NCBI RefSeq assembly: GCF_048267785.1
Contig: NZ_JBLWWU010000006.1
Span: forward strand, 11,942 to 75,941
Source of the DNA: Parasphingorhabdus sp.
GTDB lineage: Bacteria; Pseudomonadota; Alphaproteobacteria; Sphingomonadales; Sphingomonadaceae
Direction of reading: 5' to 3'
DNA length: 64,000 bases
Position numbers and translations under genes: made by a program. Within the stretch, counting starts at the first letter, position 1. Each line of letters starts with the position of its first letter. The notes beneath the pieces are model-generated. The model did no database searches and was not told where the DNA came from. It saw only the letters and a list, made by a program, of their open reading frames with translations. Positions 40,770 to 50,118 of the stretch are shown piece after piece.

Positions 40770-41974
40770 TGCTGGGAACAACTTTTCTGCTCGCGCTCAA
40801 GGAAATTCGCCGGCATCTAATGCGTTCATTTCTGACGACGCTGGGCGTGATTATCGGGGTGGCCTCGGTCGTAACAATGGTGTCGCTCGGCAACGGCGCG
40901 ACCGCCTCCATCGAAGCGCAGATTTCGAGCCTTGGGACAAATTTGCTTACCGTACGACCCGGCCAGGGCATGGGCCGCGGCGGCGGTGATTCACCGGCAC
41001 AATTCAAGGAAGACGATGTCGATGCCGTCCGGACACAGATTGGCGGTGTTGAATATGTTGCGCCGCAGACGACAGCGTCGGTAACCGCCATCTATGAAGC
41101 ACAGAACTGGTCAACAACGGTAACCGGTACAACCAATGATTATTTTGCGGCTTCGCAACTGGAACTTGCCGAAGGACGTATCTTCAGCGAGGCTGAAGAA
41201 ACGGCTGGCAAGTCCGTTTGTGTTATCGGTGAAACCGTCCGTTCCAGCCTGTTTCGCGATGATGAGGCGATCGGCCGCAAAATCCGTCTGAATGATATCA
41301 GCTGTCAGGTGATCGGCCTGCTGACAAAAAGAGGACAGTCCGGCTTTGGGCTTGACCCGGACGATCAGGTCATCATGCCGATCAAGACGGTGATGCGGCG
41401 GCTAACAGGCAATCAGGATGTGATTGCATTCCAGGTTGCCGTTGACCCTGCATATGACAGCACGGCGGTAAGCGCGGCGATTGCAAAATTGCTGCGCGAA
41501 CGACGCAACCTTACGTCCGGCTCTGAAGATGATTTCAATATTCTCGATTCCAAGCAGTTGTCGGACACGCTGTCCGGAACCACCCGGACATTGACCTTGT
41601 TGCTCGGGGCGGTCGCAGCGGTAAGCCTGATTGTTGGCGGTGTCGGGATTATGAATATCATGCTGGTCTCGGTGACCGAGCGCACCCATGAAATTGGTAT
41701 CCGGCTTGCCATCGGCGCGGTGCAGCGAGAAGTGCTGTTGCAATTTCTGGTAGAAGCCGTGGTCTTGTCTTGCCTTGGTGGGATCATAGGGCTGATCCTG
41801 GCCCTGATTGCCACAATAGGCTTATCCTCACTATTTGGCCTGCCATTCATATTCAACGTGCAAATCAACCTTCTCGCCTTCGCCTTCGCCGCTCTTATCG
41901 GTGTTGTATTCGGCTATTTTCCGGCCAGGCGCGCCGCTTCACTCAATCCGATCGATGCCTTGCGGCATGAATGA
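40769..41974 (+). CDS. ABC permease (MacB/FtsX family)
   Basis: RSFLTTLGVIIGV, NIMLVSVTERTHEIGIR and PARRAASLNPIDALRHE motifs. Confidence 0.95.
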   Translation: MLGTTFLLALKEIRRHLMRSFLTTLGVIIGVASVVTMVSLGNGATASIEAQISSLGTNLLTVRPGQGMGRGGGDSPAQFKEDDVDAVRTQIGGVEYVAPQTTASVTAIYEAQNWSTTVTGTTNDYFAASQLELAEGRIFSEAEETAGKSVCVIGETVRSSLFRDDEAIGRKIRLNDISCQVIGLLTKRGQSGFGLDPDDQVIMPIKTVMRRLTGNQDVIAFQVAVDPAYDSTAVSAAIAKLLRERRNLTSGSEDDFNILDSKQLSDTLSGTTRTLTLLLGAVAAVSLIVGGVGIMNIMLVSVTERTHEIGIRLAIGAVQREVLLQFLVEAVVLSCLGGIIGLILALIATIGLSSLFGLPFIFNVQINLLAFAFAALIGVVFGYFPARRAASLNPIDALRHE

Positions 41975-42014
41975 ATGACATGTGATGATCGGCTAGGCCC
42001 GAAACACCGGCGTC

Positions 42015-42043
42015 GAAAATATTGACGTCAGCCCAATATTTTC
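42015..42043 (+). terminator. Hairpin downstream of the exporter operon
   Basis: GAAAATATTG-N9-CAATATTTTC, 10-bp stem. Confidence 0.5.
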
Positions 42044-42168
42044 ATCATTTCCGGAGTCCTTACTCAAGCCATTTTGCTGCCGTGCGGGCACGGCAAATTT
42101 TCGCGGACTAAGGGGCTTTACGGATATCGGTCGGCCAGCCCCTTTCACTATAGACAAGGTTCAAACTG

Positions 42169-42783
42169 ATGAAAGGACTTCCCGTGGCCCAAAGTGAAAG
42201 CCTCAGTTCAAATCCTGCACCTGTAGAGCCGATAAAGCCGGACCACGCCGTTGTTGTCAGCGATGCTGTTCCACTTATCACGCGCTCCGGATTCGAGTTT
42301 CATGTACGGTCGGTAAAGCCTTCCGACAAGGAAGCGCTGGCAGAATTTTTTACCCATGTATCAAAAGAGGATCTGCGTTTCCGCTTTCTCTCCGCTGTAC
42401 AGGAAGTGCCCGGATCCCTGCTGGACATGCTGGTGAATGTAGATCATGAAAACAAGGAAGATTATATCGCGTTTGATATTGATGACAAAACGATCATCGC
42501 CAGTGCTATGGTCGGTGCAAAAAATGACAAATCGGAAGCCGAAGTCGCGATTGTCGTGCGTAGCGACTACAAACATCGCGGGCTGAGCTGGACGTTCCTG
42601 AAATATGTTATCGAAGAAGCGCGCCGGCGCGGCATCAAGAAGTTGCAGTCTCTGGAAAGTCGCGACAATTACGCGGCGATCGAACTGGAAAAGGAAATGG
42701 GTTTTTCCGCCCGTACTTGTCCGGGAGATTCAACGCTTATGCTGTTGGAGTTCGACCTGACCGTCAACCAGCCAAAGTCGTGA
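42169..42783 (+). CDS. Stand-alone GNAT acetyltransferase (similar to the GNAT domain of Pat protein acetyltransferases)
   Basis: RFRFLSA, EAEVAIVVRSDYKHRGL and LEKEMGF motifs. Confidence 0.85.
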   Translation: MKGLPVAQSESLSSNPAPVEPIKPDHAVVVSDAVPLITRSGFEFHVRSVKPSDKEALAEFFTHVSKEDLRFRFLSAVQEVPGSLLDMLVNVDHENKEDYIAFDIDDKTIIASAMVGAKNDKSEAEVAIVVRSDYKHRGLSWTFLKYVIEEARRRGIKKLQSLESRDNYAAIELEKEMGFSARTCPGDSTLMLLEFDLTVNQPKS

Positions 42784-43026
42784 TCTGAAAGCTATCGCTC
42801 AGTCGGCTCTTGTTCCGAACCGTGCGAAGACCGCCGGTGTCATATGAACATAGCGAGCAATATTTGGCGCTGGTGAGCTAGCTGCAATCGATAAAGCCAA
42901 TCGCGTTGGACCGCCATCTCAGTGTGGCTCACCCTCTCTCTTCGTGATTTTCCCGAAGGGGAGGTGAGTCCAGGCGTTGCATTTGATGTCACGAGATGAC
43001 GGTCGGCAGATTAATTCATTCGGGAA

Positions 43027-43440
43027 TTATTTCGCAATCGCGGCGACCTGGAATTCATCGGTATCGAAGCCGTCCTCACCAAATTGGACAGAAAGCGCCC
43101 GCGTCTGAATTTTTGGTCCCGTTGCTCCCCGGATCGCTGCAAAGCCGGAACCATCGAGGGTTACCCGCTCATTCCCGATATTGACGGTAACCCCGCGCAA
43201 GCTGTTGGGACTATAGCGCACTTCCAGATCATAACCGTTGGGGGCATTGCAATATTCGCGCAATTCACCCAGGCGGACCGTATCATTGGTAAATGATATC
43301 CCGGTCGGATTATAACCCACCGTACAGGCTACGGGAACAAATGCCCTTAGATTGAAGCTCATTGAATCGCTTGCGATTGCTGCGGATGCGGATGCTACAG
43401 CTACCGTTGCTGCGACCATCCCAGTCAGTTTCTTGACCAT
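43027..43440 (-). CDS. Small secreted pilin-like protein
   Basis: Signal peptide, donor-strand-like SFNLRAFVPVAC and a second Cys (EYCN); adjacent to the usher cluster. Confidence 0.65.
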   Translation of the reverse strand: MVKKLTGMVAATVAVASASAAIASDSMSFNLRAFVPVACTVGYNPTGISFTNDTVRLGELREYCNAPNGYDLEVRYSPNSLRGVTVNIGNERVTLDGSGFAAIRGATGPKIQTRALSVQFGEDGFDTDEFQVAAIAK

Positions 43441-43513
43441 TGCTTTGCCTAACTTTCGTTTTTGATAAACGTGTTTTGGCAGAAGCAGTTGAAAGTTACG
43501 TCAATGGTTAGAG

Positions 43514-43529
43514 TTAACAAACCCTTCAC
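43514..43529. promoter_or_regulatory. CtrA-like box (1 mismatch)
   Basis: TTAA-CAAACCC-TTCAC upstream of the 43027..43440 gene. Confidence 0.5.
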
Positions 43530-43660
43530 CATTTGAAAGCGGCAGCGGAATCCCGGTATCAACCGTGTTGGGCGTGGTATCGCGATTCAATAAACAGAAA
43601 ATCGACAAGCCTTCGGGTTTGTGAAGTGGCCCGGCAAGCGATCAGTCGTTCGTTCGGGTT

Positions 43661-44581
43661 TCAGCGTGCGGTAATCGAAACCGAAATGACATCGCTGTAC
43701 ACCCCGGCGCGTTTATTCGAGACATCACCGATGATGAAGCGAAATGGCAAGGAATCACGGCTGCCGCGGGATCTCTCTGGCTCAATCGTCCCGGAAACCG
43801 TACGGGTTCCACTGAGGTTGAAGCTCTCGTTACCGATCGCGACAGAATAGGGGACGAACCATTGCGTTGAACCCAGACGGAGTTGTCCGGAATTGGCTGA
43901 TGTCACGCTGATATCATATTCACCCGTGCTGTTGACGCGAAGCTGTAGCGGTACCGGTGCGATACCTTGTTTCAGTTCGCCGAGATTGACGACGGCTTGT
44001 CCGTCGCTCATCCGGTAGGCGCCGGCCAGACCGATGCGCGCGGACGGCAATACGGTGATACCCAATACCAGCGAGGAGCCTCCCAGCGACCGGAAATCAC
44101 GATCCTGGGCTTCCAGCGTCACATCTTGCGTGAATGTTCCCGCCGCGCGTACATCGGTGGGGTCCACGATAAGCTTGTACATGATGGAGCGCGATTCTTT
44201 GGGCTGGACCACGATTTCACGCCGCGCAGCCAGGCGCTGGGACCGGCCCGAACGTGGTGTCACGTCGTGCGTGTCGGTCAGGTTCAAAAGCGCGTAGCGG
44301 ACCGGCTTGCCCATGCCTTTTGACAACCCGAATGGCGGTTGTCTCAGCTCGAATGTTGGTGTGAACCGGCATTCGGCGCCTCCTTCATTGACAAAGGTAA
44401 CGCCGAACGTGCCTTCGGGCATCGCGTCAGCGAAAGGGTCGAAGCCGGTGATGATCCAGCTTGCCGGTGTCGGATTGATGCGGAGCTGGCAGTCTGTGGA
44501 TTGCGCAGCCGCGCCAGAAGTCTGTGCCAGGGCCGGTGCGGCCACGGAAGCGGCAACAAAAGTCAAAAATGGGCGCAGCAT
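43661..44581 (-). CDS. Putative two-domain tip adhesin of a chaperone-usher pilus
   Basis: Signal peptide, Cys pair in the N-domain, two pilin-type last strands (GTFTQDVTLE and GVYSDVISVSI). Confidence 0.65.
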   Translation of the reverse strand: MLRPFLTFVAASVAAPALAQTSGAAAQSTDCQLRINPTPASWIITGFDPFADAMPEGTFGVTFVNEGGAECRFTPTFELRQPPFGLSKGMGKPVRYALLNLTDTHDVTPRSGRSQRLAARREIVVQPKESRSIMYKLIVDPTDVRAAGTFTQDVTLEAQDRDFRSLGGSSLVLGITVLPSARIGLAGAYRMSDGQAVVNLGELKQGIAPVPLQLRVNSTGEYDISVTSANSGQLRLGSTQWFVPYSVAIGNESFNLSGTRTVSGTIEPERSRGSRDSLPFRFIIGDVSNKRAGVYSDVISVSITAR

Positions 44582-44590
44582 GAGAGTCTC

Positions 44591-47263
44591 CTATTTTTTC
44601 ATACCCGGCTTGACGATGCCAAGATTGACAAGTCCATCCGTGTCAGCCGGTACAGTAAATTCAAAACTCTTATCGATCGTACCATTCGGGCCATATGTTT
44701 CAACCAGATAGCGGCGACCGGGGAGCAGGTTCGCAATCGCAAAGCGGCCAACCGAATTGGTGAAGAAGGAAAGCGGTTGCGGATTCTCGCCTTCTTCCAC
44801 GTCGAGCAGGGTCGTTCGTCCGCCTATTAACGAGACGGGCTTGTCCGCAGTCAACATTAAAGTACCCATTGCGGTGACAAATGCATCGGTTCCGATGCGC
44901 GCTGCATAGCCGCTCTTGTAAGATGGATAGACGCGGAATACGCCCGAACCAACATCATAGCCGGTCGGTGGATCTTCGACGTCATACTGTACGGACTGGG
45001 TGGAATAGGAACCGAGGAAGTTGTTGACGGCTGCCCCCAACGCGCCGCTACGGCTGATATAATTATTTTCGGCGAGCGACTGTCCGGCAACGACCGCGCG
45101 GTCGCCCAGATTTTCGTGGGCGGAAAGCAGCATGAAGCTGTCATTGATTCGCCGACCGACGCCAAACATGCCGTCAGCAAAGGCCAGCGTGGTGCCGACG
45201 CGGACGGATGTGGCATTGACCGCCCCGAAATCGGAAAGGCTCGGACCAAAGCTGGCGTGACTGACCGACGCATCGAACCGGTTTGCCGCATAAGCCGCAT
45301 AGCCTTGGGCGCGCGCGCTGTCGTTCTCATGCGCGACGATCGCGCCGAAGCCAAGGCTGTTCAACTGATTCAGACCTGACTGATTGTAGGATACTTCCTT
45401 GAGATCATTACGGCTTTCATATCGTGCTTCGGCCCGGCGGCGATAATCCGGCTGGAATACCAAGCCGATGCTGACGCTGAACCCATTGGCGTTCGATAGT
45501 CCCGAAAATTTCGCGTAATCAACCCCGGCCCGGAAAGTCCACTCTCGATTCAGGCGATAATAGCCGGTCGTACCAAGCCGATAGCTATCACCCCTGCCAT
45601 CCCTGCCTTTGAGATAGGTGGCGGTCGTAGTCGTCAAAAATTTCATCGAGAATTGACGGGTATATTGGCCTGACACGGAATAGGCCGTGGTATTGATTCC
45701 CTCGACATTGTTCAATGTCGCAAACTGGGGTGATATATAATCCGCCCGGAGGGTAAAACTGTCGGACAACCCGCTGCGGTCAAAGAAATGCTCATAGCTG
45801 ATGCCGCCCGCAAATCCTTCCCCGGCTATCTTGGAATGGCTCCCACCGGCATCCAGCAATATGCGTCCACCGTTGCCCAGTACGAACTGAGTCTGGCCCG
45901 TCAGCGTTTGTACATCCTTGCTCGCCTGAAGCCCAATTCCGACGGCCGGAGCGTTTATGAAAGCCTTGCGGAAAAAACCGGTAAAGGCGGCATCACCCCG
46001 ATAATCGGGCGCACGCCCAAAGGTCTCGCTCTGGATACCGAAATAGCCACCATATTCAAAATCACCGGGATCAAGATCAATGGGATCGAGATATTGCTGA
46101 TAGGAAAGATTCTGAATCGCGCCGCTATTGTCGATGACCTGAATATCGATGTCATTGCTGCCGGCGATCAGCGGCAGCGAACTGAAATCATAGCTGCCGG
46201 GCTGCAACCGGAGTTCCCGGTAGAGCGAACCGTTGCGCAGGAAGCGGACGGTCGAATCGCGCTGGATGATCAACTGCCGGTTTGATTGCAGTATCGCTGA
46301 CCGAAAGGAGTTGAAGCGCCGTTTTTGCCGCACAACGCCGATACCACCCATCGACACGAACGACTGCTGACCCCGTGTTTCCGGGTCCAGATCGCCCAAA
46401 AACCACCGGCGAAACTGCTCGGGTTGGTCATAAACCAGACGCGCATAATTGCGCGAGAATTCGTAGGAATCCTCCCCGATGCCAAAACTTTGGCCGAGTT
46501 GTGCATCGCCTTCGAACACCACCGGACCGACACGCACCGCTCCGTCAAAATTGATGGTCGGTGGATCCATCTGGCTGCCTTCCCAGATATAGGTTCCGGA
46601 CGCACTCAGGTTCAGATAAGCGGAAAAACCGGCGGGATCCATAGTAATATCATTGGTGTCATCACGCGGCGGCGCAAACAAATCTTCTACCGCCCGTTGT
46701 TCCGGCGAGACGTCGACGACCACCACGGCCAAGCTGCTTGGATCATAGGTTAGCTTTACGCCCGTCATTTCGAGGTCTTCAGGTCCAAAATAAGGCATTG
46801 CGCTCAATTTGGATGAAAGATCTCCATGGGCTTCCTCATTGAGGATGGGCGACATCAGGGAAAGGAATGATTCCGATTCGATCTGGAACCGGTCGTCTGC
46901 TGTCAAAATTAATGGCACATCGCCCAGACTGCGGTTCTGGAAGGTCAGAGGCACCGTCATTTCGATGTCGCGGTCATAAGGGTTGATATCGGGACGACCA
47001 TGAGGCCCGACAGGATATTGCGGCTGCGCCGGCGTTGCAGGATCGGCCGGTTTCGGGTCTTGCGGGCCTGTATCGGGCAGCGGTATGGTTACGGGCGGGC
47101 TGCCCGGTGCTGTCTGCGGCGGAGCATCAGGCCTTTTCGGCAACGGGATCGATACCTGCGCAAGCAGACCGGCCGACCACAAGGGGATTGATGTCTGGGC
47201 ATCAGCGGCGCTCGACAACATGGTCATCGGCGCAACGGAGCAGAGAAGGACCCTTGTTTTCAC
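44591..47263 (-). CDS. Fimbrial outer-membrane usher
   Basis: 890 aa, beta-rich; FLGDL..., GGIGVVR, LQPGSYD, LIAGSNDI and FTNSVGRF usher-like motifs. Confidence 0.85.
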   Translation of the reverse strand: MKTRVLLCSVAPMTMLSSAADAQTSIPLWSAGLLAQVSIPLPKRPDAPPQTAPGSPPVTIPLPDTGPQDPKPADPATPAQPQYPVGPHGRPDINPYDRDIEMTVPLTFQNRSLGDVPLILTADDRFQIESESFLSLMSPILNEEAHGDLSSKLSAMPYFGPEDLEMTGVKLTYDPSSLAVVVVDVSPEQRAVEDLFAPPRDDTNDITMDPAGFSAYLNLSASGTYIWEGSQMDPPTINFDGAVRVGPVVFEGDAQLGQSFGIGEDSYEFSRNYARLVYDQPEQFRRWFLGDLDPETRGQQSFVSMGGIGVVRQKRRFNSFRSAILQSNRQLIIQRDSTVRFLRNGSLYRELRLQPGSYDFSSLPLIAGSNDIDIQVIDNSGAIQNLSYQQYLDPIDLDPGDFEYGGYFGIQSETFGRAPDYRGDAAFTGFFRKAFINAPAVGIGLQASKDVQTLTGQTQFVLGNGGRILLDAGGSHSKIAGEGFAGGISYEHFFDRSGLSDSFTLRADYISPQFATLNNVEGINTTAYSVSGQYTRQFSMKFLTTTTATYLKGRDGRGDSYRLGTTGYYRLNREWTFRAGVDYAKFSGLSNANGFSVSIGLVFQPDYRRRAEARYESRNDLKEVSYNQSGLNQLNSLGFGAIVAHENDSARAQGYAAYAANRFDASVSHASFGPSLSDFGAVNATSVRVGTTLAFADGMFGVGRRINDSFMLLSAHENLGDRAVVAGQSLAENNYISRSGALGAAVNNFLGSYSTQSVQYDVEDPPTGYDVGSGVFRVYPSYKSGYAARIGTDAFVTAMGTLMLTADKPVSLIGGRTTLLDVEEGENPQPLSFFTNSVGRFAIANLLPGRRYLVETYGPNGTIDKSFEFTVPADTDGLVNLGIVKPGMKK

Positions 47264-48063
47264 TGTTTGAACGACAGTTTGATTGGACCGGGGCCAAAGC
47301 CGGGGACCGCCACTCGGAAAATGCGCGAACCCTGGGCAGGGACATAGCCTGTGCCGATCGCACGGTTCAGTTCATCGGGGGAAATATCCACCCGCAAGAA
47401 GTTGCCTTCTGTGTCGGTGCCCACCAGTTGCCAGGTGAAATTCGCCATCATCGCATGGCGACGACCTTCGTTGGTCAGCGTGATGGCCAGCCCTTCCACC
47501 ATGGGTGGTTCTTCGGCCGCGCCGGGCAGAGGGGGAGGCCGGAAAAATGTTGGTTCTACGACCGTCGCCTTGACATCGGGCTTCGCGCCGGGAGGGGCCA
47601 CTACGACCAGTGCCCGCATATTGTAGAGCACCTGGACCTGAGCGCCAATGGCATCAGCGGCACCGGGCTCCAGTTGAACGGGCAATTGTTCCACAGACAC
47701 ATAATATGCCTGTGATGTATCCGGTTCGGCAGCGCCGAGCCATTGCAGGCGCACCACCTGACGGCCGCCTGCGGGTAATATGCCCTGTGGCGGGAACATC
47801 AGAAAATCTTCGTCAGCGGGCGTTTCGGTAATTGTTCCTTCCGCATCAATTTCCATGCGGAAAACGCGGGTTTCAAATGCCAGATTGCCAGGGTTTATAT
47901 TCTGGACCTCGATGCGGGCGGTGGCATTGGTGCCACGTGTTTCCATCTCGACCACCATCGGGGAGACGCGCATTGCAAGGGCTGGTGCAGTCAAGGCCGT
48001 CAGTGCGGCAAATAATGCCAACAGAGCGTATCCACTTCGCCTCAACATCTTTAAAAGCGTCAT
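47260..48063 (-). CDS. Periplasmic pilus chaperone (PapD superfamily)
   Basis: MRVSPM after the signal peptide, FLMFPPQGILPAGGRQVVRL and AYYVSVEQLPV. GTGA overlap with the usher. Confidence 0.88.
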   Translation of the reverse strand: MTLLKMLRRSGYALLALFAALTALTAPALAMRVSPMVVEMETRGTNATARIEVQNINPGNLAFETRVFRMEIDAEGTITETPADEDFLMFPPQGILPAGGRQVVRLQWLGAAEPDTSQAYYVSVEQLPVQLEPGAADAIGAQVQVLYNMRALVVVAPPGAKPDVKATVVEPTFFRPPPLPGAAEEPPMVEGLAITLTNEGRRHAMMANFTWQLVGTDTEGNFLRVDISPDELNRAIGTGYVPAQGSRIFRVAVPGFGPGPIKLSFKQ

Positions 48064-48112
48064 ATTTTGCCCCCTCAACTCATACAATCAGACATTACGC
48101 ATAATATAGTAA

Positions 48113-48144
48113 AGAAAGGGGAAAGATTACTCCTCCCCCTTTCT
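48113..48144 (-). terminator. Hairpin after the major pilin gene
   Basis: AGAAAGGGG / CCCCTTTCT stem, followed by TT on the minus strand. Confidence 0.65.
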
Positions 48145-48163
48145 CGATCAGTTCATTTACGAT

Positions 48164-48916
48164 TTAGAGCGCACGAAGCGTCAGGGTCGTGGTACCGCTA
48201 TAATCGCCAGCGACCAGGCCTTTGCCGGTTACGACTGGAGCAGTGATGTCGATGTCCATACGCGAACGCCATGCACCCTGCTGTTTCGTACCAGCATTTG
48301 CAGAGGTTCCGACGGTCAGCGACTGAGGCGATCCAGCAACCTGAGCGTTAAGCGCAACGCCGGTCCAGCTTGCAGCAACTTCGTAAGGAATGTTTGCCTG
48401 GAATTCGTTCGTGTCATAGCCACCTGGAGCAGTGTTTACGAGACCACGAATGTCGTCCTTGGCGATTTCAACATTGTTGTTGAAGTTGCAGCCAGCGGTC
48501 AACGTATCGATGTTGGCGACTGCAGGGCCGACCATTTCGAATGCATTGTTGACGTTTTCGTTGTCGCCGGTGCGAACGCCGATAACACCAAAGTCGATGT
48601 TACGTGCGTTTGAGTTGTTGCCCGAGTAGAAGGAGCAATCCTTGTTGACCGAGCCACTCAGCGTGAACACGACATCAACGACTGGTGTCGCGGTTTCGGT
48701 GTCGCTAGGTGCATCAGCTTGAGCGCGATAGCGTGTGCCAACCTGCGTAGCTACGCCGAGTTCACCAGCGAGAGTGCCGAAAAAGCCAGGATTGGTGATG
48801 GTGTAGCCACCAAAAGCCGTACCGGCATAGTGACGTTCACTTGTCTGTGCCGAAGCAGGTGCCGCAGCGACGGCAAGAGCGAGAGCGGCAGCTGCGCCGC
48901 AAAGGATATTTTTCAT
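48164..48916 (-). CDS. Probable major pilin subunit with long N-terminal extension
   Basis: Ala-rich signal peptide, VVFTLSGSVNKDC...GCNF Cys pair, terminal GDYSGTTTLTL; codons (GCT, GGT, AAC) suggest high expression. Confidence 0.72.
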   Translation of the reverse strand: MKNILCGAAAALALAVAAAPASAQTSERHYAGTAFGGYTITNPGFFGTLAGELGVATQVGTRYRAQADAPSDTETATPVVDVVFTLSGSVNKDCSFYSGNNSNARNIDFGVIGVRTGDNENVNNAFEMVGPAVANIDTLTAGCNFNNNVEIAKDDIRGLVNTAPGGYDTNEFQANIPYEVAASWTGVALNAQVAGSPQSLTVGTSANAGTKQQGAWRSRMDIDITAPVVTGKGLVAGDYSGTTTLTLRAL

Positions 48917-49058
48917 AATCATACTTCCTTTTGTTAAACCGTCCCCCATTAAGCGGAATACGGTCTCAAGTTCGCATCGGTTGGGTCATGAACCAGAGGA
49001 GCATCGATGCCTGCTCTCCCGGCGTAAATCCGTCCGCGGCCCACGCCGCAAACGAAGC

Positions 49059-49583
49059 TCAGATCGGAGAAACCGTGATCGTGATCATCTCCGAATAATC
49101 TCCAGCCAGCAATCCGGCCTCACCCGAAGGTATGCCGAGCTCGACGCCCAGAACCATACCGTCCGTGGCGATGCCGCCGTTGCTGGAAATCACGCCACCA
49201 GCCATAAGCTGACGGCTTGAAAAAGTTTGGCTGAGCATTTGCGTGGCCGGGTGGCGCACGGGCATCTCAACAACAAGGGAATAGGGAAGCTGGCCGCTAA
49301 AGGGGCCCTGACCACCTGGCATCGTGCTGTGGGTCAACGCACCCCGCTCGCCGTTGATGGTCATTGTGAATGGCAGGTTGCAATTGAAGGCGACTTGCGC
49401 TGTGCGGTTTAGGCCGCGTCGTTCGAGATTGCCGAAATCCATGTTCGCGATGCCGCCCATGGAACAATATTCTTTGATCGAACCGCTGACGGCGATATCG
49501 ATGGATTTTGCGTTGTCGATTTCATGGGCGCCAGCAGGCGTGGCCAATGCCATTGCAGCTAATATGGAAAATATGACTCGCAT
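49059..49583 (-). CDS. Minor pilin, spore coat protein U-like
   Basis: Signal peptide, IDIAVSGSIKEYC...FNCN, terminal GDYSEMITITV. Confidence 0.75.
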   Translation of the reverse strand: MRVIFSILAAMALATPAGAHEIDNAKSIDIAVSGSIKEYCSMGGIANMDFGNLERRGLNRTAQVAFNCNLPFTMTINGERGALTHSTMPGGQGPFSGQLPYSLVVEMPVRHPATQMLSQTFSSRQLMAGGVISSNGGIATDGMVLGVELGIPSGEAGLLAGDYSEMITITVSPI

Positions 49584-49694
49584 AATCTTGCCCCTAAAAA
49601 CCCAACCTGCGCGAACGGATTTCTAACCCCTAGAAATCCGTTGACATGTTGCGTTCTCGTTCTGGAAGCCGCGACCCGACTCACTCCCGATTTC

Positions 49695-49710
49695 GTTAAT
49701 AAGGAGTTAA
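49695..49710 (-). promoter_or_regulatory. CtrA box (perfect)
   Basis: Minus strand reads TTAA-CTCCTTA-TTAAC, about 110 bp upstream of the pilus operon; TTAACCAT variant at 49908-49915. Confidence 0.7.
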
Positions 49711-50118
49711 TACACTTTGCTTCCGCGCCTGACAAATGGGAAAGTTACGAATATCACAATATTTTCACTTGTAAAATAAGCGCTTGCCCTCTGTAAGCCG
49801 TTATTTTCTCACGCTTCCGATGGTAAACGGCGGCATTTCAAGCCACGTTCCGATCCAATGCAGTGTCTATAATTGGGACGCGGAGATGCCAAATCTTACC
49901 GGTTTTCTTAACCATATCGAGCATTCTCCGCCGGAAAATACACCATTTTGGGGCCATTTTTCGTTGTGTGACGGCCTGTAGGCGATCAGAATCACTTCTT
50001 GCGATATTATAAATGGGTTCTTTCCGCCGAACATGGTTCGCGGCAGAAGCAATAGCGCGCCCGTTGGCTACCGGGGCAAAACGCGTAAAGCGCTCCGGCC
50101 CCCGCCAAGCCGATCAGA

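Noticed and set aside
49896-49911. TTAC-N8-TTAA as a full CtrA box
   Set aside because: The spacer is 8 nt rather than 7; only the TTAACCAT half-site was kept.
50067-50110. Resemblance to a c-di-GMP-I riboswitch (GGGCAAA...TCCGGCC)
   Set aside because: Wrong strand for the pilus operon and lacks the GAAA/GGGACGCAAAG core; better explained as the hairpin after putA.
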